Assembly: GCA_963665295.1 (NCBI GenBank)
Contig: OY762209.1
Location: 1,376,001 to 1,440,000, forward strand
Source: Syntrophorhabdaceae bacterium
GTDB lineage: Bacteria; Desulfobacterota; Syntrophorhabdia; Syntrophorhabdales; Syntrophorhabdaceae
Length of the DNA stretch: 64,000 bases
Reading direction: 5' to 3'
Shown here: positions 39,801 through 49,749 of the stretch, in pieces
Layout of the letters: each line of letters begins with the position of its first letter
Numbering within the stretch: the stretch's first letter is position 1
Notes under the pieces: model-generated
The model's input: the letters and a program-made list of their open reading frames with translations, nothing else
What the model was told of the DNA's origin: nothing
The model's database searches: none
Translations under genes and position numbers: made by a program

Positions 39801-40080
39801 AAAGGCGGGCTTCGCGGGACCCCAGACCCTCACCGTGAAGAACGCTTCCGTAAACAAAGGTTCGGGCACAGTAATGAGCGACCCCGGCGACATCAACTGC
39901 ACCTCCGGGTCCACGGGGATCTGCAAGGCGTCACTCCCTTATAATACCGGCGTAACCCTCACCGCGGTCCCTGACAGCGGCTCGTCTGTCGCGAGTTGGT
40001 CGGTTCCCGGGTGTAACGGCGCCACGTGCGTAGTCACCATGACGAAAGCACTGAGCATTACCGTGAAGTTCAAAAAGTAG
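36865..40080 (+). CDS. Secreted beta-propeller protein (TYGNG.FVAVG / S.DG..WT repeats) with C-terminal bacterial-repeat domains
   Basis: RBS aggaggagg, signal peptide, about 13 L..VTYGNG.FVAVG...SPDG.TWT repeats and four Cys-rich repeat domains. Confidence 0.85.
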   Translation: MIPPLPAWKTMHRVSRFASQWVMVFFCVFLFHLLALPVHPAPTGAAAGKVNTGGQPGTFSSSRISSFRIDTDPLAQWVVRNKAMPADANLESVAYGNGLFVAVGNPQVSSSCPIYTSPDGIVWTQQTLPAKTLETLERFFGVTYGNGLFVAVGASRTGADDLVLVPTIFTSPDGATWTQRTAPVEAGLLSRLYGVTHGNGTFVAVGHYFTDDTMATSSPVVLTSPDGVTWTRRTPPGGNRALAGAGYGNGTFVAVGYDRSIKLWEPDVPVLLTSPDGETWTQQTVPPQIGGVLNGLSSVTYGNGLFVAAGYNYDNVSGRTVPTIFTSPNGAAWTQRTLPTIQTGAVLRSVTYGNGVFAAVGGNDYYGGFVPIVLFSPNGATWTQVTMTDQRRPLSGITYGNDMFVAVGGVDAYDNPVPAVLTSPDGSAWTWRTSAAQNGTLLGITYGNDMFVAVGESDYGYAILASSDGITWTPGTQPYQHGYTNGLGSVTYGNGTFAAAGFNYHDTAQVYTPVAFSSSDGINWTQGTLPALVQTGALNGVTYGNGIFVAAGYSHTTTPHVYTPVALSSSDGINWTQATLPAQTGALYGVTYGNNMFAAVGDAVFTSPDGNTWTRRAGKTFYGVTYGNGMFVAAGANIFTSSDGIKWTQRTTSKSKQRLTSVTYGNGSFVAVGWDDYPYIPIVLFSSDGITWTRKTSPVAAGLLSGGLFCVTNGNGTFVAVGDEGVIIQSQSGGSEYTLFVARSGAGSGAVVSSPDGINCGSTCSAPFAKSSSATLTATAASGSTFKSWSGCTSSSGNICIVTMDQTKTVTATFIIANPMKLTVAKVKQNGGDGTVVSSPDGINCGSICSAPYAPGAQVTLTASADAGSVFTSWSGCASSSDTLCTVTMDKAKTVKAGFAGPQTLTVKNASVNKGSGTVMSDPAGINCASGSCKGTFAYNTEVTLTASADAGSVFTSWSGCASSSDTLCTVTMDKAKTVKAGFAGPQTLTVKNASVNKGSGTVMSDPGDINCTSGSTGICKASLPYNTGVTLTAVPDSGSSVASWSVPGCNGATCVVTMTKALSITVKFKK
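39439..39884 (+). repeat. Apparently perfect 194-bp internal duplication (period 252 bp)
   Basis: 39439-39632 matches 39691-39884 by eye. Confidence 0.85.
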
Positions 40081-40186
40081 GGCGGGGGCCCCTTCGTTTA
40101 GCGAAATATGTTCTAGAGGCCCCAGGATAAATTCCATGGGGCCCTATCGTGGTCCGTGTGAGACGGGGAAGGTTGTTCTTCGGCCT

Positions 40187-42028
40187 TTATTGCTTGCTCT
40201 GCGTTACGGTGAAGACTTTCTTCTGCTTGGGGTCTCCGGTGAGGGTTATGTTGATCTTGCCCGTCCTCCTGGCGCCCGGCGCCTTCGGGATCACCGAATA
40301 GGACACTTCTCCCGGTCCCGTGCCCGGGGTCCCGGAATGTATGACGATCCAGGCCTCTGTTGTGGAGGCCTGCCATTCGCAGCCCTCTTGGGTGCGAACG
40401 GTGAAGGTGTCCTGCTCGCCCGCCGACGGTAACGTTGCGCTCCCGGGAGCAAGGGAGGAAAGCTTGCACACCACCCCCGCCTGGTCCACAATAAGGCTTT
40501 GATCGGCTACGGCTATCGACGCCTGTCTCCCGCCGGGAGTGGGCTTTCGGGCAACCGTTACCTTGACGGTTCCGCGGTTTCCCTTGAAAACGGATGCCTT
40601 CGTCCCGATCCACGGGGCATCGCTCGCGACCTGGGGGCTCGGACAATCCTCGCCGTCCTCCCCTTTTACGCTTATCGTAAATGTTCCGCCGTTGACGCCG
40701 ACCTTCTTCGTCTTCGTCGGGGATATCTCGTAGGTGCAGTTCGAGTCGAATTCGTCTTCCAGGTCCACGTCCTCGTCAAGGACCAGGGTACACGTCGCCT
40801 CCGTACCCGAACAGTCCGTGCCGGTCCAACCCTTGAAGGTGGAATTCGGATTCGCCGTTGCCGTGAGGACCACGGTTTCGCCGTCGTCGAAGTTTGCGGT
40901 ACAGGTCCTGTTGCTGGTGCTGCAATCGATACCCGGAGGGTCGCTCACTATTCTCCCTTCGCCCGTACCCTTGAGGTTGAGGGAAAGAGACTTGCCGGCC
41001 TTGACGCCGAGGGCCTCGAAATGGGTGACGTAATTTAAGACGCCCTCCTGCTTGAGCTTGCAGTCATAATTCATGTACATGGGGATCCTGAAAAGCCCGT
41101 TCGGCCTTTTCCCTCCCGCCGTTCCATTGGATTCGAGGACAATCCAGTAATGCTTCGCCGGGTCCGTAGCATCGTCGTTATATCCCACAAGGGCCGTGGC
41201 GTGGGCTATGCCCGTGGAGGGATCATATTGCTTGCCGCAGTATTTGTCGGGACGCCAGAGCACCGTTTCGTCGGAACCGGTCCAGAATTCGTCAAAGGCG
41301 TCCCAGTCCTGGCTGTTTGCCAGGGCGAAGGAGTATTCCACGGCCCTTTTTTGATTGAGCACGTTTTTTATGTTCTCGATAGCCTGTTTCTGGGTGATGC
41401 CGTGGGTTTCTATTGCCTCCGCCTGGAACTTGTCCACCCCGTAGCTCGTGTCCTTTGCGATGGAGTCACAGGAGACGGGCGATGCCGAGCACACGTTTGC
41501 CCCGGAGCACGTGCGGGCCCCGTCCGCGTAGGAGGCGTTCGTGTTCGACCAGGGTATTACCGCGCCCTGGCTGTTATACCAGGCGGTGAATGTGCCGAGG
41601 TCGCCGCCGCAGCACGCGCACCGCTCCCCCGAGGAGTAGGTCTTGCAGGACGTGGTGTACTGTATGGAGAGACGATCCTTAATCCCCTTGTTGACGCTGA
41701 GCATGATCTCGTAGAGGGCCGTGCTGGACCAGACCCAGCAACTGCCGCACTTCCCCTGAACGCGGTCGGCCGCGACATAGGAGAGATGACTGAGGAGGTC
41801 CATGGAGGTAGGCTCCCCCGAGGCCTGCTTCCCGGAAAGCTGCGCCGCAATGGCCGGGTCGGATTTCGCCCTGGGCATATTCCGGTGACGCTCGGCCCAC
41901 GTGCGGAACTCCTTTGCGTCCATGCGCATGGGAGCGCTCTTTGCGTCAGGCAGGTCCGCCGCCCATGGGATACCTCCGAGGGCGAAGAATAGGGCGATAC
42001 CCATGCACACGGCCTTTATTCTCATCAT
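40187..42028 (-). CDS. Secreted papain-like (C1A) cysteine peptidase + bacterial-repeat + two BACON-like domains
   Basis: Signal peptide, QGKCGSCW, HATALVGY, and C-terminal C.W.AS....WI...SG..GTG.G.V.YSV..RTG.I BACON pattern. Confidence 0.85.
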   Translation of the reverse strand: MMRIKAVCMGIALFFALGGIPWAADLPDAKSAPMRMDAKEFRTWAERHRNMPRAKSDPAIAAQLSGKQASGEPTSMDLLSHLSYVAADRVQGKCGSCWVWSSTALYEIMLSVNKGIKDRLSIQYTTSCKTYSSGERCACCGGDLGTFTAWYNSQGAVIPWSNTNASYADGARTCSGANVCSASPVSCDSIAKDTSYGVDKFQAEAIETHGITQKQAIENIKNVLNQKRAVEYSFALANSQDWDAFDEFWTGSDETVLWRPDKYCGKQYDPSTGIAHATALVGYNDDATDPAKHYWIVLESNGTAGGKRPNGLFRIPMYMNYDCKLKQEGVLNYVTHFEALGVKAGKSLSLNLKGTGEGRIVSDPPGIDCSTSNRTCTANFDDGETVVLTATANPNSTFKGWTGTDCSGTEATCTLVLDEDVDLEDEFDSNCTYEISPTKTKKVGVNGGTFTISVKGEDGEDCPSPQVASDAPWIGTKASVFKGNRGTVKVTVARKPTPGGRQASIAVADQSLIVDQAGVVCKLSSLAPGSATLPSAGEQDTFTVRTQEGCEWQASTTEAWIVIHSGTPGTGPGEVSYSVIPKAPGARRTGKINITLTGDPKQKKVFTVTQSKQ

Positions 42029-42360
42029 TGTGCTCTCCTTTGGACTTTTCCTGTTGATAACCACGTTCTCATGCGTAACCCCGGCTTTCCCGTGGAAAAG
42101 GCCTGCCTCGCCGGCTCATCTCCGGCCATCGGCTCCGTGACCATACCTTGAAGATGAAGTGAGTATATGATGGAACCCTTTGGCTGTCAACGCAAAAGAA
42201 AACCGGGGAAATACAGGCCAAATCCGTAATTTTTCAACCCTATTCCAGGAACGGAAAGGGCAAGGAATCTCATTTTCGGTCCCCCCTTCGTCCTTTTCTC
42301 ATGCGAACCTGAGGGGAGACCATGGCCGTCGCCTATTCATGCCCAGTGGAGGACTAATTA

Positions 42361-44035
42361 GTCTCCATCCGGAAACCCCCATTTTCGAGCAAGCCCCCGG
42401 TCTATTGCCAGGGTGGGCGCTCAGCCGTCCGGTGATTCCGTCATCCCTTTTCGGATTTCACTCCATCGGGCCCGTTTTCCCCAGAGTCAGGGCGTAGCTC
42501 ACCCTTGTCCCCTTGAGAAAATAGTCTTCTCTCATCATGAGGCCATCCTGATGCGGGCGATGACGAGAAGATTGTAGGAGACGATACTGGAGAGCACGTA
42601 CCGGGCAAACCCTTCCCATCCTGTCCACGTCGCCCGGTCAAGGCCGAAGGACCGTTTCAATGTGGAGATGCCTGCTTCAATGCCCGCCCGGAAGTTCCTG
42701 AGCTTCTTGTAGACCCAGGTGCTCTTTGCCATGTCGAGGATGGAGAGCCCCCTCTTTCTGGCGAAGACGGCATCCTTGATATGGTTCTCCTTCGCATAGG
42801 CGAGGTTCTCTTTTGAGGCAAAGCCCCCGTCGGCCGTCACTTGGCGAGGCATCTTCCCGTACCACTCCTTATGCTGCTCAAGGAGGGATTGATACTGGTC
42901 GGTATCAGCGGGGTTGCCCGGGACGATGAGACACCCGATGATCATGGTGGAGCGTCCTCCTGTAAGGAACACCTTATGGCCGTACTCGGTATCCCTCCTC
43001 CCCTTCACGATGATGTCCGTGTGGTCCTCGAAGAAAGAGACGATCTTCTCGGAGGCGGGGACCTTCTCGTTCTTGAAGACTCTCCGGTCGGTCTGGTCGA
43101 TGACCTTCCCGAGTATGCCCACGGCGCGTTCAAGTCTCCGGGCAAGCTCGCGGGCAGCGAAGGTGTCCATGAGATTATCGCCCTCGTAGGGGATGAGTTC
43201 GGTGATCGCCTCTTCGGCATATCCCTTCACGAGATTCGCATAGTGGAGGAGGTCCTTGTAGGCGCTCTTCCGTGTTCTGTCGTTCTTTGCATTGAGGATC
43301 GTCATGAGCTTCTTCTTGGCTACTCTCCTATGGTCACTGTAGGCATACCGGGGCACGGGAGCAAGCTCCTTCCCTTCGGTGAGTAACCGGGTAATGACGC
43401 GGATGCCGTCCACGATGAGCGATGAGTCGGTGGGGTGGTGGATGTTGGTCTCCACCGTGGTGGAGTCTACTCTTACCACGCGGCCGGATTCTATCTTCTC
43501 CTTTACCGCGTAGCGGTTTACTTCCTGAATGATCGCCTCCCAGGTTTCTTCCCGTATCGCCTTTATGTTCTCCTGAAGGACCGATTTGGAGGGGTACTGT
43601 CCCATCTCCAATCTCGCGAAACTGCGGAGTGCGTCGGAGTCTTCCATGTGGAAGGCAAGCTCTTCATACGTCAGTTGGCGGTACTGCTTGAGTATGGCGA
43701 TCCGGAGCACCTGTTCCGCGGTGAGCCCCTCTCTTCCCGTGTCGGTGCGACAGAAGGAGGTCATATCCCCGAAGACCAGATCCAGAAGGCGGGGATTGGC
43801 GTCTATGACCTTTGACATCTCCTGAAGCTCCTTTACAATAGAATGGCGCATCATGGGGGAGAAGAGACCTGTCTGGGGGTTGAATTTCTGGCGCATTCCG
43901 GAATCCTTTCTGAAGGCGTTAGGTAATGATATTGCCTTGTTACAACCATATTGTACCTCAGATGAGGGGCGAAACTCCAGGGGAATGTGGGGATTTGGGC
44001 AAATATTTCATGGGGTTAGGTTTCCGGATGGAGAC
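42361..44035 (-). mobile_element. ISNCY (ISDol1-like) insertion sequence, 1675 bp
   Basis: 17-bp IRs gtctccatccggaaacc / ggtttccggatggagac. Target duplication TAATTA at 42355-42360 and 44036-44041. Confidence 0.88.
42535..43896 (-). CDS. DDE transposase (ISNCY/IS5-like)
   Basis: RVDSTTVETNIHHPTDS, EKIVS.F..HT.II.KG, ADGGFAS and FRAGIEAGIS.LKR motifs. Confidence 0.9.
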   Translation of the reverse strand: MRQKFNPQTGLFSPMMRHSIVKELQEMSKVIDANPRLLDLVFGDMTSFCRTDTGREGLTAEQVLRIAILKQYRQLTYEELAFHMEDSDALRSFARLEMGQYPSKSVLQENIKAIREETWEAIIQEVNRYAVKEKIESGRVVRVDSTTVETNIHHPTDSSLIVDGIRVITRLLTEGKELAPVPRYAYSDHRRVAKKKLMTILNAKNDRTRKSAYKDLLHYANLVKGYAEEAITELIPYEGDNLMDTFAARELARRLERAVGILGKVIDQTDRRVFKNEKVPASEKIVSFFEDHTDIIVKGRRDTEYGHKVFLTGGRSTMIIGCLIVPGNPADTDQYQSLLEQHKEWYGKMPRQVTADGGFASKENLAYAKENHIKDAVFARKRGLSILDMAKSTWVYKKLRNFRAGIEAGISTLKRSFGLDRATWTGWEGFARYVLSSIVSYNLLVIARIRMAS

Positions 44036-44076
44036 TAATTAAGTTCCTATCGTACCTGATTAGTGAAAAAAAGCGC

Positions 44077-44104
44077 TTGACAGTATATTCGGTTATATTA
44101 TAAG
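44077..44104 (+). promoter_or_regulatory. Candidate sigma70 promoter for the Rhs gene
   Basis: TTGACA-16 bp-TATAAG. Confidence 0.45.
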
Positions 44105-44223
44105 ACAAACATAGACGATTTGTATTGTTATTCACCAATGACGCTTCATCACCGCAAAAGTCTTATTTGTTTTCCTTTAATACAGGTTCGTCCATGACCA
44201 CAGGCATGGACAGCAGACAATGA

Positions 44224-47200
44224 ATGCACAGGACATCATGGAGGGGGGTCATGACGCGGGTTAAATCTGTCTTCGGCTTAAACATCGTGTGTATCTGTAT
44301 ACTTATCGGCCTTCTCTGGGTTTTCCCCCCGTGCAGCCATGGGGAGAACGAGATAGGGGAGACGGGCGACGCGGAGCTTCCCGTTACCATCCCCGAGAAT
44401 TCCATTCTTTCCGGGGCCGCAACCTATACCTACCAGGTGGCGGCGCCCCCGGGCAGAAACGGCCTGGGCCCCCGGTTGGCCCTCACCTACAACAGTCAAA
44501 GGAAAAGCGGCTGGGTCGGGATGGGATGGGACCTCGATATGGGCTACATTCAGCGGTCCACCACGTGGGGCCTCGATTACGCCTCTCAAGGTACGGACCC
44601 TGCCAAGCCCGGTTTTGTGGTGTCCATGAACGGCTCCACGACTGAGCTTGTGAGAAGGACAGACTGGGATTCCAACGGCCTTACCTGTTACGGCGCGAAG
44701 ATAGAAGGGGCCTTCACCCGGTACTGCCGCACCGAAACCAACAGTTGGGAAGCGACCGCAAAAGACGGCGTCACGTACTACTACGGCAGAACCTATGACT
44801 CCCGGCAGGAGTTCTTCCGTACCCCCGGCCCCGGATCGGATACCTTTAAGTGGTGTCTGGACAAAGTGCAGGACACGAACGGAAATTATATGACCATGAG
44901 TTACCAGAAGCCCATGGACCAGATATATCTGTCTCAGATCAACTACAACTTCAGAGCAAACGGCTCGCCCGCAAACCGGATCGTATTCACCATCGGTTAC
45001 ATGCCTTCGCTTGAGGAAATTTCGCCGAATTATACTGCCGGCTATGAGCTTTCTTCGAGCTACAAGCTTACTCAAATAGACGTTTACGGGTTGAACGCCT
45101 CCGGAAACGACGAACTCGCAAAGTCGTATGGTCTGGTCTACAACACCTATTGCCCCCCGAGGCAGGACTGCTCTTATCCTTTCTCCTCCATGCTTCAGTC
45201 GATCACCCGGGCGGGGAGCGACGGGACAACGCTGCGGCCCGTGGTTTTCACCTATCAATGGCATGCCGATGAATTCACCAAGACCCCCACGAACAATATC
45301 CCCGTATGGTTCGGAGCCAAATTGTATAACAGCAGTACATGGAAAGGCTATAATTTGACGGGCGATTTCAACGGCGACGGCAGAACCGATATCGTCAGTT
45401 GGGACGCGAGCGGGGACTACCTTAATATGAACCTTTCCGCCTTGCCCGGCTCCGGGGACATGTTCCGGAGCTACCTGTGGCCGCACAGTCTCACGGGCAA
45501 TTTTGTCAAGGACGGGAACGGCCACCCAAGGCTCTGGGTCGGCGATTTTAACGGCGACGGCCTCTCCGACGTGGCAACCATCGAGGGCGGCGGCGACAAC
45601 GGCAAGATCTGGATCTATATGTCCACGGGGTCCGATTTTGCGGACAGGCAATGCTGGAACGACTGGACCAACAATACGGAGAAGAAGGCCCGTAAGGCTG
45701 CCACGGACGTCAAGAAGGTCCGCGTGGGGGACTTCAACGGGGACGGCCTGGCGGACATGATCAGTTGGCTCGACTCCGGCCACATCCGGGTTTATCTCTC
45801 GAAAGAGGCGGGCAACGGGTTTGATATCCAGGATTGGGAGGGCGATTTCAGTTTGAGCGGCGGCTTCGGGATGATGATCTGGCTCGGGGACTTCAACGGC
45901 GACGGCAAGACCGATATCGCGGCATGGGATGAAAAGAACCCGGGCACCCAGCTCATCATGCATATGTCGAACGGGTCAGGCTTTGATAGGGCTGTCTGGC
46001 TGCCGACTTCGCCCGCGAAATTTCACAAAGACGGCACCTACGGTCCCCTTATCTGGCTCGGGGACTTCAACGGCGACGGCAAGACCGACATTGCAAGCTG
46101 GAACAGCAGCGATCCCGGCAAATCTCTCTGGATTCACAGTTCCATGGGGACAGGTTTCAAATCCCATCAGGCCTTCCTGGACCCTGGCCGGCCCCTCAAT
46201 AAGAACCCGAAATACGGACCGTGGCTCGGGGATTTTGACGGAGACGGCAGAACGGATATTGCAACCATCAAAAATGGCACGACCATCGACATTTACAGGT
46301 CCATGGGGTATGAATTCCAGATGCTGACCCTGGCCGCCGATGTGCGCGGCGACGCCTCGAACGGGGGGAGGGTGTGGCTCGGGGATTTTGACGGAGACGG
46401 CAGAACCGATATCGCGGGCTGGAACAGCAACGATCCCGTGGAAAATCACATGGTGAGCCTCCATATGCACTCCTATCACGGCCAACCTGTCCGCTACCTC
46501 CTCTCGAAGGTGGATAACGGCCTGGGAGGCTTTGCAACGGTGGAGTATAAATCGTCTTCCGCCTGCAATGATGTTGGCGAGGACTTCCCGTATTTCCCGT
46601 GTTTCTCCGGTCTCCCCTTCAATGTCCCGGTGGTGAGCCGCATAACGGTCGGCAGCGACGGCGGGGTGACCGGGTCGATAATCGGCGGGGGTGCGGTGAC
46701 GAGGACGATGGTCGGCGACGACAGCGGCTCGGGAGACTCCGTTACGACTTACGACTATGACGGCGCGTTCTACACCAGGTCGGCAAGGGAAAGGGAATTC
46801 TACGGATTCAAGAACATCAGGGCCGCCGATTCCTTCGGGACCCAGGTGGAGACCACATTCCTGCAGTCGCACCCGGACTGGGCGCCGGGCATATATAAGG
46901 GCCTCATCGACTCTCAGGTCACAAAAGATCAGTTCGGCAAGCCCTACAAAGACATAAGGAACTTCTACCAGTCAGCGAGTCCCGCCTCAGGGGTGAACTT
47001 TCCGCATCTTGACAGGAGAGACGAATACGTACTGGATGGCCGGTGCACCCTCGCCAATCCGGGACTGCAGCCTCCCGCGTATCACGATTCCGACGGCGAC
47101 CCGTGCTACCCCGTAGAGACTTCCTTTGCCTACGACGGATACGGGAACGTGACCGGGAAGTTCTTCTGGGGTCATATAGACAAAGTCAGGGGAACAGACA

Positions 47201-49749
47201 TTCCCGGCGACGAACGTTTCGAGATTACCTCCTACAGCAAGGATGCCGGCCTTCTGTCCAGATATATTTTGGACCGTCCGTGGGTTACGGAGGTAACGGA
47301 CAGCGCGGGGGCCGTCTTCGCCCGCACGACCTTGAACTATTATCCGAACGGCAACCTGAGAACGAAAACGGAATACTACGACAGGGCGTCCCAGGGCACG
47401 CACGGTGACCCCGTCACCTCGTACACCTACGATGCATATGGGAACAAGGCGTCGGTTACCGATCCCATGGGTAACGTGACACGGCATTACTATGACGCCG
47501 TCGCCAACACCTATCCGGAGACTACCGTGGTGGAAGGACTGGGCCTTCAGACAAACAAGACCTGGGACTACCGCTATGGGAAGCCTCTCAGCGAGACCGA
47601 TTACAACGGGAGGACCACGTACCATCAGTATGACAACTTCGGAAGGATATGGCGGACGTACCAGCCGCCGGATTCCCCGGGCGGCCTTCCCACCAGACAA
47701 TATACCTACAACCTTACCGGCGTCGTGGGACTCCAGAATGTGAGGGTCGAGCTCAAGGTGGATGACGGCCGCAGCTCCTGGAAGGAAACATACTTCGACG
47801 GCCTGGGCCGGACCGTCAGGACAAGGAAGCAGGGGGCGGCACGTCCTATTGTCGTGGAAAGGGCGTATGACTCAAGAGGCCTCCTGTCGAAAGAATCGTT
47901 GCCTCATTTCGATGCGGCAAGCGCATCGGTCTATTGGACGAAGTATGCCTATGACCCCGTAAGAAGGGTTACCCAGGTCATGTACCCGGACGGCACCTAC
48001 ACGACAACGGGGTACGATCGCGAAAGGACAACACTCGTCGATGCGAGCTTTCATTCCAAGGTCAGGGAAACGGACGGCCTCGGGCGGCTCACGGCGGTTC
48101 ATGAGTTTAAGGGCAATGGAAGCCTCGACCCGGAATCCCCGACGCCCTGGGCGCCCTATGCGGTTACCGGATATACCTATAACCCTATGGGTAAACTCAC
48201 CGCGACACGGGATGCCCGGAACAACGTCACGGAGATACGGTATGACTCCCTTTCGCGGAAATACTATATGAAAGACCCGGACATGGGTGAGTGGACCTAC
48301 GGTTACGACGCGAAGGGCAACCTCACGGGACAGATTGATGGAAACGGCCGATCGATCACCTTCGCCCACGACGGACTTAACCGCGTTACACAGAAGACCT
48401 ACGTGGGCAGCACGACGCCCCCGGTAGTCTATACCTACGACCTCGGCCCCTTTGAAAACCCGAAAGGTAAGCTCACCGCTGTTACCGATGCGTCGGGCTC
48501 CGCCCAATTTTCCTATGATGAGCGGGGGAGAACGAAGGGCACGATGAAGGCCGTCAACGGCGTCTACTATACCATACTGACGGCATATGACTCCCGGGAC
48601 AGGGTCACATACATTACCTACCCCGGACCGAACCCCGAGACGGTGAGCTACCTGTACGACAACGCAGGGAACCTTGCCGTCGTCCAGGGCAGCCTCCCTC
48701 AACCGTATGCGGCCTATACGGACTTCAACGCCAATGGTCAACCCCGAACCGTCCTGTATGGAAACGGCGTCTATACGGCCTACAATTGGGACCCTGCCAC
48801 CACCCGCCTCGCCAACCTTACGACCGTAGGGACCGAGACGTTACAGAGTCTCGGCTATCTGTACTATAATGCGGGCAACGTAAAGACCATCACCGACGGG
48901 GCAGGGGGGGCGAGATCCAGGACCTTTTATTATGACGAGATGAACCGTCTTGTCCAGGCGGACAGTCCGGTTTACGGGACAATTTCCTACGCCTATGACG
49001 AGATAGGGAATATGACCGGTAACAGCCGTGTAAGCAGCGAGCCCTATGTGTATCCCCAGTCCGGCCAGGTTCATGCGGTGACCTATGCCGGCCCGAATGT
49101 CTATACCTATGATCCGAACGGGAACATGACGAGCGGAGAAGGCAGAACTTTTGCCTGGGATTACGACAACAGGCCCGCAAGCATAAACGGGGTGCCCATG
49201 GTATACGATCACGAGGGAAAGCGGGTGAAGAAGGGCTCGACCCTGTACGTAGACAAGTTTTACGAATGCACCGTCGGCAGCGCCTGCACCACATACATCT
49301 TCGCCGGGAAGAACAGGATAGCGAAGAAGACGGGAACGTCGGTCGGCTACTACCACCCCGACCACCTGGGAAGCTCGAACATTATCACCGGCGACGGCAT
49401 GGCCAGGGTGGAGGAAATCGATTACTATCCTTACGGAGAGATAGGGATGGACGTGGGCTCCTCAAGCGCGTCCCACAAATTCACCGGCCAGGAATGGGAC
49501 AGCGAGACGGGACTTTACTATTACGGGGCGAGATATTACAACCCCGTCATCGGAAGGTTCATCTCGGCGGACACGACGGTGCAGGACCCCGCGAACCCGC
49601 AGACACTGAACAGATACAGTTACGTGGGGAATAACCCGATCCACTACGTGGACCCGAACGGAAAAGCGTTTATCGGGTTTCACATGTTTACCGAATTCAC
49701 AGGCTCCCTGTCTGGACTCATGTTCGGTTCCGGCAAGAACCCGTTCTAG
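44224..49749 (+). CDS. Rhs/YD-repeat polymorphic toxin with signal peptide, SpvB-like and FG-GAP (GDFNGDG..D) repeats
   Basis: PPGRNGLGP.LALTYNS...GW.G.GW, seven GDF(N/D)GDG repeats, many YD repeats, Rhs core YYHPDHLGS...FTGQE.D.ETGLYYYGARYY...N.Y.YV.NNP..YVDPNG. Confidence 0.92.
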   Translation: MHRTSWRGVMTRVKSVFGLNIVCICILIGLLWVFPPCSHGENEIGETGDAELPVTIPENSILSGAATYTYQVAAPPGRNGLGPRLALTYNSQRKSGWVGMGWDLDMGYIQRSTTWGLDYASQGTDPAKPGFVVSMNGSTTELVRRTDWDSNGLTCYGAKIEGAFTRYCRTETNSWEATAKDGVTYYYGRTYDSRQEFFRTPGPGSDTFKWCLDKVQDTNGNYMTMSYQKPMDQIYLSQINYNFRANGSPANRIVFTIGYMPSLEEISPNYTAGYELSSSYKLTQIDVYGLNASGNDELAKSYGLVYNTYCPPRQDCSYPFSSMLQSITRAGSDGTTLRPVVFTYQWHADEFTKTPTNNIPVWFGAKLYNSSTWKGYNLTGDFNGDGRTDIVSWDASGDYLNMNLSALPGSGDMFRSYLWPHSLTGNFVKDGNGHPRLWVGDFNGDGLSDVATIEGGGDNGKIWIYMSTGSDFADRQCWNDWTNNTEKKARKAATDVKKVRVGDFNGDGLADMISWLDSGHIRVYLSKEAGNGFDIQDWEGDFSLSGGFGMMIWLGDFNGDGKTDIAAWDEKNPGTQLIMHMSNGSGFDRAVWLPTSPAKFHKDGTYGPLIWLGDFNGDGKTDIASWNSSDPGKSLWIHSSMGTGFKSHQAFLDPGRPLNKNPKYGPWLGDFDGDGRTDIATIKNGTTIDIYRSMGYEFQMLTLAADVRGDASNGGRVWLGDFDGDGRTDIAGWNSNDPVENHMVSLHMHSYHGQPVRYLLSKVDNGLGGFATVEYKSSSACNDVGEDFPYFPCFSGLPFNVPVVSRITVGSDGGVTGSIIGGGAVTRTMVGDDSGSGDSVTTYDYDGAFYTRSAREREFYGFKNIRAADSFGTQVETTFLQSHPDWAPGIYKGLIDSQVTKDQFGKPYKDIRNFYQSASPASGVNFPHLDRRDEYVLDGRCTLANPGLQPPAYHDSDGDPCYPVETSFAYDGYGNVTGKFFWGHIDKVRGTDIPGDERFEITSYSKDAGLLSRYILDRPWVTEVTDSAGAVFARTTLNYYPNGNLRTKTEYYDRASQGTHGDPVTSYTYDAYGNKASVTDPMGNVTRHYYDAVANTYPETTVVEGLGLQTNKTWDYRYGKPLSETDYNGRTTYHQYDNFGRIWRTYQPPDSPGGLPTRQYTYNLTGVVGLQNVRVELKVDDGRSSWKETYFDGLGRTVRTRKQGAARPIVVERAYDSRGLLSKESLPHFDAASASVYWTKYAYDPVRRVTQVMYPDGTYTTTGYDRERTTLVDASFHSKVRETDGLGRLTAVHEFKGNGSLDPESPTPWAPYAVTGYTYNPMGKLTATRDARNNVTEIRYDSLSRKYYMKDPDMGEWTYGYDAKGNLTGQIDGNGRSITFAHDGLNRVTQKTYVGSTTPPVVYTYDLGPFENPKGKLTAVTDASGSAQFSYDERGRTKGTMKAVNGVYYTILTAYDSRDRVTYITYPGPNPETVSYLYDNAGNLAVVQGSLPQPYAAYTDFNANGQPRTVLYGNGVYTAYNWDPATTRLANLTTVGTETLQSLGYLYYNAGNVKTITDGAGGARSRTFYYDEMNRLVQADSPVYGTISYAYDEIGNMTGNSRVSSEPYVYPQSGQVHAVTYAGPNVYTYDPNGNMTSGEGRTFAWDYDNRPASINGVPMVYDHEGKRVKKGSTLYVDKFYECTVGSACTTYIFAGKNRIAKKTGTSVGYYHPDHLGSSNIITGDGMARVEEIDYYPYGEIGMDVGSSSASHKFTGQEWDSETGLYYYGARYYNPVIGRFISADTTVQDPANPQTLNRYSYVGNNPIHYVDPNGKAFIGFHMFTEFTGSLSGLMFGSGKNPF

